Positions 18,375-26,894 of a stretch of 27,761 nt of DNA are shown here, piece after piece. Origin of the DNA: a virus. Taxonomy: Duplodnaviria; Caudoviricetes. Location: the IMG/VR virus record IMGVR_UViG_3300005837_001480, positions 1-27,761 of that record, one strand, 5' to 3'. The notes beneath the pieces are model-generated. The model had not been told where the DNA came from. It was given only the letters and a program-made list of their open reading frames with translations, and ran no database searches. The number at the start of each line of letters is the position of its first letter. Position 1 is the stretch's first letter. The position numbers and the translations under genes were made by a program.

Positions 18375-18938
18375 TCACTCGTAAGGTATCTTTTGCTGAT
18401 CGTAACCTTGACTAGTGTAATAACCTTGTTTCTCAAAGCCTTGGTTTTGAGACACGTTTGGAACTGGAGCTTTGGAAGCATTTGAATCGTAACCTGTACG
18501 ACAAAGTTGCTCGAAGTTACCACCTAAGAAGTATGTTAGGTTATGACAACGTAGAACCCAAACCCTATCGCTATGAGTTTTAGCAAAAGAAGCTTCAGGT
18601 AGCTTCTCTACGTAAGCTTTTTTAGCTTCTACGTAAGTAAAACCTTTATCATCTTTAATCAAACAATTAACTACACCAGTATCATCTTGGTCATCAATTT
18701 CAAATAATGTACTTAGTAAGTTATTACTTGGACTAGTTTGTTGAAGAGTTATTGTAATTGTACCTGATAAGTCGTTACTCTTAACACGAGTAGCATCACC
18801 ATCTGCACCTACAGTCAATTCCCAACCTGGATTTGCTCTTTCAACTGTTACTTTCTCTTCACCGAATCCTACAATTTGCTGTCCCATTACTGTTACAGAA
18901 ACCTGCTTAGGATCAAAAGCATATAATTTAGTACTCAT
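18375..18938 (-). CDS. Tail tube protein, copy 2 (DUF3277-like)
   Basis: 187 aa. FDPKQVSV.V.G..I.GF, VGADG...R....D.SGTITITLQQTSPSN..LS motifs. Confidence 0.9.
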   Translation of the reverse strand: MSTKLYAFDPKQVSVTVMGQQIVGFGEEKVTVERANPGWELTVGADGDATRVKSNDLSGTITITLQQTSPSNNLLSTLFEIDDQDDTGVVNCLIKDDKGFTYVEAKKAYVEKLPEASFAKTHSDRVWVLRCHNLTYFLGGNFEQLCRTGYDSNASKAPVPNVSQNQGFEKQGYYTSQGYDQQKIPYE

Positions 18939-18953
18939 CTCTTCCCTTTCTAT

Positions 18954-19565
18954 CTAACTCCACTGAGGCTCTGGCCTAGTTGGATTATTACTATTACTAA
19001 CTGAAATCTTATCCGATCCATCACTACTACCCTCGCCAGTTACCTTAGCTTTGGCTCGGTTAAAGTCATGAATATCCATAACATCATACTCTTCAGCACC
19101 ACCTACAAAATAGAATAATGAACTACAGACAATCTCCCACCTAACTACCTCCATCTTATTTGAAATATTAACGTCTGGTAACTTCCTTATATAACACTTA
19201 GGCGAAAAAGCCTTAGTATTAGCATCCATAGGATTTGCATCCCAATTTATAAGCCCTTTACCATCGCTGCCGTTAGTATCTGAAATAAGCACCGGAAATA
19301 ATCCAATAGATAAATAGTTATCTATTGTTGCAAGGATGCTTAAAAAGGCATTTGAAGGACTACTTTGAGCTAAAGTCAATGTGATTACACCGCTTGTATC
19401 CTTGTTACGAACACGAACAGACTCTCCATTTACTCCAGTTACTAGTCTCCATGAAGGCTGTCGTAGTTTCATTGATACAAAAGTACCATCAACGAAGCCT
19501 TCGATATCTCTGAAGGCGACATTGACCGTAACTTTCTTTGGATTAAAAGTATATAATCTTGACAT
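18954..19565 (-). CDS. Tail tube protein, copy 1 (DUF3277-like)
   Basis: 203 aa. FNPKKV.V.V...I.GF.DG, G..G...R....D.SG.ITLTL.QSSPSN..LS motifs; paralogous to the next gene. Confidence 0.88.
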   Translation of the reverse strand: MSRLYTFNPKKVTVNVAFRDIEGFVDGTFVSMKLRQPSWRLVTGVNGESVRVRNKDTSGVITLTLAQSSPSNAFLSILATIDNYLSIGLFPVLISDTNGSDGKGLINWDANPMDANTKAFSPKCYIRKLPDVNISNKMEVVRWEIVCSSLFYFVGGAEEYDVMDIHDFNRAKAKVTGEGSSDGSDKISVSNSNNPTRPEPQWS

Positions 19566-19573
19566 TTAAACCT

Positions 19574-20596
19574 CTAAGTTGCGTCTACTGTACCTTGGAT
19601 TTCCATGCTTTGGATCGCACCTGATGCAGTTGCTTGGAATGTTATTCCTGATAAGTTTCTATCTGCACGGTTTATACCTTCTATTGATGGCATACTAACT
19701 GAGTACGGAACATTAGGATCTAAATATCCCTCAGTAGTAGATTGATCCAACCTTTGATTCATAACAGCTTGAACTTGAGCCAATCCATCGTTTGTATATG
19801 CTACTTTTGGATTATTTACCAGTAAGTTGACAAGATCTTCTTGCATACGGATTTCTAAGTATAAAGCACCGATATATAAATCAGCGTAGTGGCCTTCAGT
19901 ACCAGTACTTGTTATACCGTTCCAAGTTATTGGAACTCCACCTACTCTTGAATATTGGTTAATCGCTGAAGCTCTTAACGCATCTTCTTCAGTTTTTGTG
20001 TATGTATTAGGAGAAGCCGATTGTAATTGTCTGAAAGCACCAGTGTAAGAACCTGGAGTTAGTGCAAGTACATTAGATAACCAAGCAACATTAACCCACT
20101 TAGTAGCGTCTGTTGCTTTTGTATGCCATAGGATTGCGTAATCACTATTTGCGTTAGGATTACTAGAGTTTTCTTTTAAGAAAGAACCAAATTTTTTGTT
20201 ACCTGCACACCATGTAGCCTGCGTAACAATATCTGCATCAGTGTTAAACGTAGAACAATAACCGAACCAGTCACTGTTAAGTGCAGCTATTTCGTCTAGG
20301 TCAGTACTTAGGATACCTGTGCCTGAACCAGAAGTGTCAACGTAAGCTACGTAAACCTCGGTAATACCTGGAGACTGTGCAAAAGCCATATTAATCATAT
20401 CTTTTAAATCACCACTACACTCAGTACCTACTGATGCTGCTGAAGTGTAAGATCTAACCATATACTGTGAAGTAAATACAGCCGTATCAACCATTGTTTC
20501 ATCACCGACAATCATAATACTGCCGAAACCTTGGCGAGTAACCGATGTCGAAGATACACTAACGCTTATACTAATAATCTCATTCATTGCTGGCAT
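19574..20596 (-). CDS. Contractile tail sheath protein (DUF3383-like)
   Basis: 340 aa. II.ISV......VTR.GFG..., PGSYT.AF..L, KV.YT.DG and F.A..SGAI....I.G.V motifs; precedes the tubes. Confidence 0.9.
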   Translation of the reverse strand: MPAMNEIISISVSVSSTSVTRQGFGSIMIVGDETMVDTAVFTSQYMVRSYTSAASVGTECSGDLKDMINMAFAQSPGITEVYVAYVDTSGSGTGILSTDLDEIAALNSDWFGYCSTFNTDADIVTQATWCAGNKKFGSFLKENSSNPNANSDYAILWHTKATDATKWVNVAWLSNVLALTPGSYTGAFRQLQSASPNTYTKTEEDALRASAINQYSRVGGVPITWNGITSTGTEGHYADLYIGALYLEIRMQEDLVNLLVNNPKVAYTNDGLAQVQAVMNQRLDQSTTEGYLDPNVPYSVSMPSIEGINRADRNLSGITFQATASGAIQSMEIQGTVDAT

Positions 20597-20607
20597 GAAC
20601 TTCTCTC

Positions 20608-21129
20608 CTATAAATTATCATCAAAATTGGACCATGATGGGTCGTTAATAGTGTCAAAGAAGCCAGTATCTTCAGTAGACGTTCCGTCTTCAAGGACTAC
20701 ATTCAGTATTATGTCAAAAAAAGCTTGCTTTTCATAGGTATCATCTCTTAAAACATAAGCATAATCAACTGCGCCTGCATCTTGAAGTGCCATAGAAACC
20801 AAACCGTTAGCCTCCAAGGCTTGTGACATTAAAGTCAAACTAAAAGCAGCCTTTAGTTGATTAGCTTCATCAATACTATTTTCACCGAAACACTTAATAG
20901 TAAAGACTAAAACTCTACGACCATAGAGTCTGTTGATCTCAGAGTCCTCATCGAAGCAAGTCCAATCGAAAACATTGCCTGGCTCTCTTGCTGCCAAATA
21001 TTCAATCATAGTGTAAGGCAGTTCAGGTCTAGGTGCGTTAGGCGCAACAAAGATTACTCTAGTGTTAGTACCAGCCTCTAGGAGCGCAGTGCGTATATTA
21101 TCTTCGACATCGGTAATTGGTACAGTCAT
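20608..21129 (-). CDS. Neck/tail terminator protein
   Basis: 173 aa acidic protein with NAPRP..PY motif, directly upstream of the sheath. Confidence 0.75.
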   Translation of the reverse strand: MTVPITDVEDNIRTALLEAGTNTRVIFVAPNAPRPELPYTMIEYLAAREPGNVFDWTCFDEDSEINRLYGRRVLVFTIKCFGENSIDEANQLKAAFSLTLMSQALEANGLVSMALQDAGAVDYAYVLRDDTYEKQAFFDIILNVVLEDGTSTEDTGFFDTINDPSWSNFDDNL

Positions 21130-21641
21130 TAGTTCAACTTTCTCATATTTAAGTACTCATAGTCTATGGAGTGTGCTAGTTGAGCAGTATCCCATAACGG
21201 TTGGCGGAACTCATCATCTGGTCGAGTTTTAGGACTAAGTGCCTTAAAGTCACCCAGGAAGAATCTACGCTGGACTTGAGCAGCAGCATATCTACCGGCG
21301 ACAATAAACCCTGCCGAGACATACCTTATTTGTCTTTTTTTAATCGCTTTTTCAAAACCTACCCTTAATCTTAATCGGATAGGTCTTAATTTCTTATGGT
21401 AAGTTGCACGCAAGAAACTTCGCTGAGGCACACCAAGGCCAAATTCATGACGGTGAGCAACCCCAATGAGCGTGTCTTTTTCTGAAGGATGCCAAAGTTT
21501 TGTATGCTGACTTCGTTTCCATTTTCTTTTTTCTTCTTTTGCAAAAACTCCAACATTAACCATGTGGAGTCTATTCAGCATATCATCAATAAAGGCTAAA
21601 TTCTTTTTGTTTGGCTTTAAAGATATTTCAATGTCAAACAT
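21129..21641 (-). CDS. Tail completion / neck protein (Mu gpG / HK97 gp10-like)
   Basis: Basic protein with HEFG..PQRSFLR and PL.DT.QL..SI.Y motifs. Start moved from GTG 21650 to ATG 21641, which has a GAGGT RBS. Confidence 0.8.
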   Translation of the reverse strand: MFDIEISLKPNKKNLAFIDDMLNRLHMVNVGVFAKEEKRKWKRSQHTKLWHPSEKDTLIGVAHRHEFGLGVPQRSFLRATYHKKLRPIRLRLRVGFEKAIKKRQIRYVSAGFIVAGRYAAAQVQRRFFLGDFKALSPKTRPDDEFRQPLWDTAQLAHSIDYEYLNMRKLN

Positions 21642-21651
21642 CTGGATCACC

Positions 21652-22008
21652 TCACGTTGGATTCTTCTCCACTACAAAAACACACCAATGCGGAATAATC
21701 TTATTATAACGCTTTGAGGATATTATAGCATAAGTTTCACCCTCGAACTCAATCTCACTTGGATTAGTTTCGTCATTATTTACCAACAAGGTAATGTCAG
21801 TATCAAAGTCAAAGTACATCTTTAATACCTTTTGGGAACGAAAACCTTCCGGTAAACGCTGAATCTCTTCTGGACTCGCAGGTAAAACGCATGACTTATA
21901 AGTTGTGGAAGTAGATGCACCCTTTACGTAACGACCACTACTATCGTAATCGCCGTCAGCAAAATACTTAACAACTACTGTATCTGTAAGAAAAGGTACT
22001 ACGCTCAT
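21652..22008 (-). CDS. Head closure / head-tail joining protein
   Basis: G.YD..G.YV.G, V.PA...E...LPEG.R and I.F.GE.Y motifs. Start re-called at ATG 22008 (ATGA overlap, GAGG RBS), giving 118 aa. Confidence 0.75.
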   Translation of the reverse strand: MSVVPFLTDTVVVKYFADGDYDSSGRYVKGASTSTTYKSCVLPASPEEIQRLPEGFRSQKVLKMYFDFDTDITLLVNNDETNPSEIEFEGETYAIISSKRYNKIIPHWCVFVVEKNPT

Positions 22009-22427
22009 GTTACCCTCGGAGTTGACCTTACTGTTCGCATTAGCCAAATATACTCTCGACCGTAAACTGTAAGCCTTAGCCATTCTTTATATTGCATATC
22101 ATCACTAATGGTAGACTTATTGGTAGTATCGTACATTTTCTCAACATCACCAGCCTTTTCTTTAGTAATTGGACCTTTAGTGATGTCACTACCATCCTCA
22201 CCTAAGTCAGGAGCAGTGACATCATCTAAAGCATAGTAATGAGCCACCAAGAGTGCCAGACCGTGTTTGAACTTTTTCGCACCAATCCCTGAGTTGATAT
22301 AGACAGACATCATGTCTTTGACTTCATCAAACTCACTAGTATTAGCGGTACGTGAAGTATACTTATTATAAGTCAATAAGTTCACATACTCTGCTGTTAC
22401 ACTGTCAAGCATCTCTTGGCTAGCCAT
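22005..22427 (-). CDS. Head-tail adaptor (DUF4054-like)
   Basis: 140 aa. ALLVAH, I..E.AGDV...Y and L..T.YG.EY motifs. Confidence 0.85.
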   Translation of the reverse strand: MASQEMLDSVTAEYVNLLTYNKYTSRTANTSEFDEVKDMMSVYINSGIGAKKFKHGLALLVAHYYALDDVTAPDLGEDGSDITKGPITKEKAGDVEKMYDTTNKSTISDDMQYKEWLRLTVYGREYIWLMRTVRSTPRVT

Positions 22428-22753
22428 TATACTACCTCTTCTACTTCTTCTGCTACGGAAGTAATATCTGCAACATGCGCAGCTACTACCTTCTTCATTT
22501 TTGCACTAACCGTATCATCTGCAAGCCAAGAATTTAGAGTTTCTAAATCCGCAGTTGATTCTATAATGCGCTTAGTTAATCGAACATTCTTCTTATGCTC
22601 AATTATTACACCCTGGTCGAGTAGATCTTCATAACACTTCTTTAAATGAGTGTTAAAACCCTTTACAGTCGCATCAGAAACACTATTCATACCAGGTTTT
22701 AAAACTAAATCTCCAAACAAATGAATGTTCGGGCGTGTGTATTCTAGTAACAT
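22427..22753 (-). CDS. Hypothetical protein downstream of the capsid gene
   Basis: 108 aa with GAGG RBS, L.PG.N.V motif, and TAATG coupling to the adaptor gene. Confidence 0.7.
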   Translation of the reverse strand: MLLEYTRPNIHLFGDLVLKPGMNSVSDATVKGFNTHLKKCYEDLLDQGVIIEHKKNVRLTKRIIESTADLETLNSWLADDTVSAKMKKVVAAHVADITSVAEEVEEVV

Positions 22754-22763
22754 AAATAACCTC

Positions 22764-23663
22764 TTAAGCTTCTAAACCATCAATTCTAACGATAGAGTAT
22801 GGTGCAAATACCATTACACCAGCAGTTCTTGCATGTGCAGGAACTTTGTACATGAATCCATCTTGTTGAGCTTCAAAGAACTCAATATCTTGAGGGATTT
22901 CAAGTACTAGCTTCTCTGGATCTTTTCTGTAAAGAATCGCACAATCCTTACCAGAAGGTCCGCCACCCTTACATTCGTAAGAAGAAACTACTTGCTCGAT
23001 GAATGGGAATTTTTGTAGAACGTAATCTAACAATGAAGCATCACTGTAAGTATTATATCTAGTAGTTGCCATTAAAACATAATAGTCATCTGGTAATACT
23101 AAAATATTTGCTGACTCGTTGCCTCTTGTCATGTCTCTTTGGAACTTAACAGCTTTTTCTAACGCTGCAAGAATCTTATCAGCATCAGTCCAAGTGTCAG
23201 TAGAAGTTACAGAAAGTATGTTTGGATGCTGAAGGAAACTTGGAATACCTGCTTCTTCATCACCATGCCATGCAATCTTATTTTCTAGCGCAAGTAATTG
23301 TCTACGAGCTGCTTTAGCCTTACGGTCATTCAAACTCTTACCAGCATACTGCGCTGCACGCACATCCTGGAATGAATAGTTGAATGAAATACCTTGTGAC
23401 CAAATCTTAGCCATGAACTCTTTACCAGTCACTTCAACACTTGGTAAATCCGATGCGTAAGCATGAATCAGCTTAGCCACACCGACATGGTCATATTGTT
23501 GGTAAGTTATTGATTCTGCACCAGAATCTACTTCCATAGAAACTGGGAACATCATTCTTGCAGTTAACTCTGGGTAAACTACATCGTAACTACGTGCTAG
23601 GGCATATTCTAGTTCTTTCTCGAAGAACATTGTAAGGCCAGCATCTTTATTCTTGAAAGTCAT
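22764..23663 (-). CDS. Major capsid protein (DUF2184-like, HK97 fold)
   Basis: 299 aa. YD..YPEL.A...FPV, G.AKLI..YA.DLP, EN.IAW.GD...I..F..HPN and RT.GV....P motifs. Confidence 0.93.
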   Translation of the reverse strand: MTFKNKDAGLTMFFEKELEYALARSYDVVYPELTARMMFPVSMEVDSGAESITYQQYDHVGVAKLIHAYASDLPSVEVTGKEFMAKIWSQGISFNYSFQDVRAAQYAGKSLNDRKAKAARRQLLALENKIAWHGDEEAGIPSFLQHPNILSVTSTDTWTDADKILAALEKAVKFQRDMTRGNESANILVLPDDYYVLMATTRYNTYSDASLLDYVLQKFPFIEQVVSSYECKGGGPSGKDCAILYRKDPEKLVLEIPQDIEFFEAQQDGFMYKVPAHARTAGVMVFAPYSIVRIDGLEA

Positions 23664-23664
23664 A

Positions 23665-24237
23665 TTATGCTCCTTGTGGGCCAGAAACCCTAACTTTTAG
23701 TAAAACATCCGCTGCACCGACAGCAGTTGGCATCTCAACAATGAATATTTTATATCTTGCGCCAGTTGAAGTCGCAGGATCTGTAATATCAATAACTTTA
23801 CCAGCAGCATCTACTTCTAGCTCATCACCAACACCACCAGTGATCGCTGCACCTGAAGGAACCCAAATTGTACCTTCTTGCATTACTGAAAATTGCTCAA
23901 ATTCCTTGATAGTTGCGCCTGCAAATACTTCACCAAGTGCAGTCTTAGAAGAGAAACCATCACCGTAAGCTTGTCTGTCACCACTGGCATCTGCTAAACT
24001 TGTAACTACACCAGTCTTTTGCATCTCTCTGTTATCGCTCATTACTGCGAAACCAATGAAATCTGCCGCTGCTGCACAAAGCAAAGCTTGTTTAACTGGA
24101 TCAGTACCTGCTTTTACTGCAAGTCCGTAGTCAATATCTTCTTCTGCGATTCTTGAAACATTTCTGAATGGAGCCATCGGCTCTGCCATCATACCTTGTA
24201 ATGCTACCGCAGGCTCTTTGTTATACTCTAGTTGCAT
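23665..24237 (-). CDS. Capsid cement/decoration protein
   Basis: Small Ala/Gly-rich beta protein between protease and capsid (I.YG.AV..G, F.G.A, V...G.IWV). ATG 24237, just after the upstream stop, is preferred over GTG 24246. Confidence 0.75.
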   Translation of the reverse strand: MQLEYNKEPAVALQGMMAEPMAPFRNVSRIAEEDIDYGLAVKAGTDPVKQALLCAAAADFIGFAVMSDNREMQKTGVVTSLADASGDRQAYGDGFSSKTALGEVFAGATIKEFEQFSVMQEGTIWVPSGAAITGGVGDELEVDAAGKVIDITDPATSTGARYKIFIVEMPTAVGAADVLLKVRVSGPQGA

Positions 24238-24238
24238 C

Positions 24239-24757
24239 TTATTCACCCTTCCATTGGTTTAAAGCTTTCTCCATTGCTTTCTTTCTAGCTGCCTCAACAA
24301 TGTTTACATCTGATGTATCATCTGTTTGGCTGGCTACTGTCTTGCCGAAATTTGTGTCAGAAACACCATTCTCAACAATCAAATCAAAAGCAGCATCAAC
24401 ATAAGCATCAGACTTACCATCAAGAGATACTTTACTAGACTTAGCAATTACTCTCTCTTTAATTTCACGGTCGCTGAAGCCATCCATTGACTCGCTGCCT
24501 AGTAAATCAGAAGCTTCACGCTCAAGCTTTACTCTAGCTGCAACCGCTTTACGGAACTCTTCCTTAGCTGCGTCAGTCGCTTTGGACTTTTCGCCAAGAT
24601 CGACCTTAGCTTGAAGCGCATCAAAATTCGCCTTAAGCTCAGTCAACTCTTTAGAAACAGCATCAACTGCCTCTTTCTTCTCAGTTTCAAGAGCAGTAAG
24701 TAAGGCATGAATATCGTCCTCAACCTTATACTCTTTTCCATCTTTGTTGAAGATCAT
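24239..24757 (-). CDS. Putative nested in-frame scaffolding protein (172 aa, from Met207)
   Basis: AAAGGAG-AAGAT-ATG at the protease/coiled-coil boundary. Confidence 0.55.
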   Translation of the reverse strand: MIFNKDGKEYKVEDDIHALLTALETEKKEAVDAVSKELTELKANFDALQAKVDLGEKSKATDAAKEEFRKAVAARVKLEREASDLLGSESMDGFSDREIKERVIAKSSKVSLDGKSDAYVDAAFDLIVENGVSDTNFGKTVASQTDDTSDVNIVEAARKKAMEKALNQWKGE

Positions 24758-25375
24758 ATCTTCTCCTTTGATAGTATTAAAATTAAGGACATCATCTGTA
24801 CAGAATCCATCCACATTGATTTCTTCAGAGTCTAAATTAAACTTACATAACGGACCACCACGAGCCTTCTTCACTACACTCAAGTGATTATAACGAATGT
24901 TCTTCTGACGAACATCATAATGCTCGCCATTCCAAACGCCAGGGGTTGCATCGTGATCTAAAGTATAACCTAAACTTAACTCTCTTTTATGACCAGACAA
25001 TACATCCTCGATCGTATCCGGATCGAAAATAGTAACCTGCTGCCGTAAGAACTTCTCAGGATTTCCGTCAAGAGTAATTTCTTTCGGTCTATCCGAAGCC
25101 ATACCGACAACTTTATTGGCACTATTCTCAGGCTCAAGAAATTCATGAGGATGCTCATTGGTAAGGGGGATTCCCATTAAGGACTGTAACGAACCAGGCT
25201 CAAAAACATCATCTGGATGTCTTAACTGTTTTACAGTCACCATCTCTCCAAGTTCGTTCATATACTGATAAGTAAACACACCCGTACGAGTTATTGTTGC
25301 TAAAAGCGACAAATAACCATTAGGCTGGGTTTCTATCTCATCCGTATTGAATTTAATAAAATCAGAATTATTCAT
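24239..25375 (-). CDS. Prohead protease/scaffold (DUF2213-like)
   Basis: 378 aa. GYL.....TRTGV..Y, P.T.EHP, G..ELS.GY, Q.NIR.NHL.VV..AR.G motifs, followed by a coiled-coil C-terminal half. Confidence 0.92.
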   Translation of the reverse strand: MNNSDFIKFNTDEIETQPNGYLSLLATITRTGVFTYQYMNELGEMVTVKQLRHPDDVFEPGSLQSLMGIPLTNEHPHEFLEPENSANKVVGMASDRPKEITLDGNPEKFLRQQVTIFDPDTIEDVLSGHKRELSLGYTLDHDATPGVWNGEHYDVRQKNIRYNHLSVVKKARGGPLCKFNLDSEEINVDGFCTDDVLNFNTIKGEDMIFNKDGKEYKVEDDIHALLTALETEKKEAVDAVSKELTELKANFDALQAKVDLGEKSKATDAAKEEFRKAVAARVKLEREASDLLGSESMDGFSDREIKERVIAKSSKVSLDGKSDAYVDAAFDLIVENGVSDTNFGKTVASQTDDTSDVNIVEAARKKAMEKALNQWKGE

Positions 25376-25400
25376 TTTTATTCCAAACTAGTTTTGTCTA

Positions 25401-25429
25401 AGTATATAGTAACACACTTTTAGTCTCAA
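25401..25429 (-). promoter_or_regulatory. Sigma70-like promoter upstream of the head operon
   Basis: TTGAGA (25429-25424), 17-nt spacer, TATACT (25406-25401), within the 55-bp portal-protease gap. Confidence 0.6.
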
Positions 25430-25430
25430 C

Positions 25431-26894
25431 CTATTTATCTACGTACTCGGGGTTATATTCATCACCTGGTTTTAAACGCTTCCCACCAACTTGCTTCTTA
25501 CTAGCACCTTCACCCGAACTACCATTGGCAGCAGCTTTCGCAGTCATATCACCAGCAGCAGCATTAAGTTCAAAAGCTTTCTCTTCTGAAGAAAGTCTAT
25601 CACCTGCATCGTCATCGAGAATAGTCTCATATGAATACCTACCAGTTCCGAACCTACTCTGCGTGATTTCTTCAGGTGATAATACGCCAGTCTTAATATA
25701 AGTCTCATCAATATCCGCCTGAATCTGGCGAGAACGACTCTCTTTTTCACGATCAAGTTGGAATAACGGATTAAAGACAAAATTCAAATTCTCCGGCGAA
25801 TCTGGACTCTCGTTCTGATTGAAAATTAAGTCCTTTATCAAATCTATTGGCTCACGCAAATAAACCTTTTGTTGAGCTTTTACATTATCATAATAATTTA
25901 TTAACTCACTCATGCCTGTACCACCAAGGCCAGTAGGAGAATTACCAAGTAAACGAGTATGGGGAACATCAATCCCAGCGACGAGTCTTTGTACCGTGAG
26001 ATCAACCAATTCTTTAGCACCAGTTGTATTCGTTGCAGCATTTTCAAACTCATCCTCCTTATCCAGTATAACCGCACGAGCAACTGAACGCATCAAATTT
26101 ACAAGCTCAAGCTTCTTTATTACTAACTCACTCTCATCACCATCAACCGCATCCGTTAAACCATCCAAACGAAAAACCGGCTGATTGAACTCCTGCAAAG
26201 TAACCGCAATTGAATCGTGAGTAACACCATAATTACGAATCGCAGTGTATAAACTCTTATATAAACTATCATGCCAGTAACCGTTACGCTTATACAAACG
26301 AGTCGGCAATGGAACACCATCGAAACGAAGGAACCTACTGTGATGAATCTTTACTTCCTCGCTGCCGGAAATCTCATAATTATTCTTAAATCTATAAAAT
26401 AAAGGCTTGCCGAAAGTTGGCGAACTCAAGTCCGTGTCAATATCCTCATCATGAACACTAACCTCGTAACGATCAAATACATAAAGATTCTCAATCGAAA
26501 TTACTCGCTCCGGACGTAACTCACTTGCCAAGTTAGTACCGCCGCCTTTTACCGCAAGATAAATTAAAGATCCACCATACACTCGAGCCAAAGTCCATGC
26601 CCAGGATAACTTTGGCCAAAGCTCCAATCGGTTAAACTCGCCATCAATATAGTCAATCACTTCCTGACTTGCTGGCTCCTCGCCCATATTCCAAGTAACA
26701 CCCTCACGAGTTGCATCATAGGGAACCAAATTTGCAGCCTTTTTGGCAATCTCATCAGTCGAAAATAAACTCTCACAAACATCCCTGCTGATTCTTTCCC
26801 ACATCATTACTTCACTGTAGGTACTCTTATCCTTTTTAGTACCAAGGCCAGTTGCAATATTTGCCCAAGCATCCTTACTCTTAATTAACTTCAT
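25431..26894 (-). CDS. Portal protein (DUF1073-like)
   Basis: D.W.N..TGLGT..DK, AR.YGG, IH.SR.L.FDG, P.TRL.G.SP.GL..TG.S...NYYD and F.PL.Q motifs. ATG 26894 (ATGA overlap with terminase, GAGG RBS) is preferred over GTG 26900. Confidence 0.93.
   Translation of the reverse strand: MKLIKSKDAWANIATGLGTKKDKSTYSEVMMWERISRDVCESLFSTDEIAKKAANLVPYDATREGVTWNMGEEPASQEVIDYIDGEFNRLELWPKLSWAWTLARVYGGSLIYLAVKGGGTNLASELRPERVISIENLYVFDRYEVSVHDEDIDTDLSSPTFGKPLFYRFKNNYEISGSEEVKIHHSRFLRFDGVPLPTRLYKRNGYWHDSLYKSLYTAIRNYGVTHDSIAVTLQEFNQPVFRLDGLTDAVDGDESELVIKKLELVNLMRSVARAVILDKEDEFENAATNTTGAKELVDLTVQRLVAGIDVPHTRLLGNSPTGLGGTGMSELINYYDNVKAQQKVYLREPIDLIKDLIFNQNESPDSPENLNFVFNPLFQLDREKESRSRQIQADIDETYIKTGVLSPEEITQSRFGTGRYSYETILDDDAGDRLSSEEKAFELNAAAGDMTAKAAANGSSGEGASKKQVGGKRLKPGDEYNPEYVDK

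Noticed and set aside
18341-18523. 60-aa alternative-frame ORF as a frameshift extension of tube 2
   Set aside because: A TAG immediately precedes its GTG, no slippery heptamer was seen, and the product does not look like a domain.
9738-20596. Tailocin or extracellular contractile injection system, suggested by the two tubes
   Set aside because: Complete head and packaging genes are contiguous, and no eCIS-type ATPase or toxin was seen.
22764-23663. Encapsulin-like shell
   Set aside because: The context of terminase, portal, protease and tail shows it is a phage capsid.
25431-26894. Anti-CBASS Acb1 label sometimes attached to DUF1073 proteins
   Set aside because: Position after terL and the motifs indicate a portal; no 2H-phosphoesterase domain is evident.
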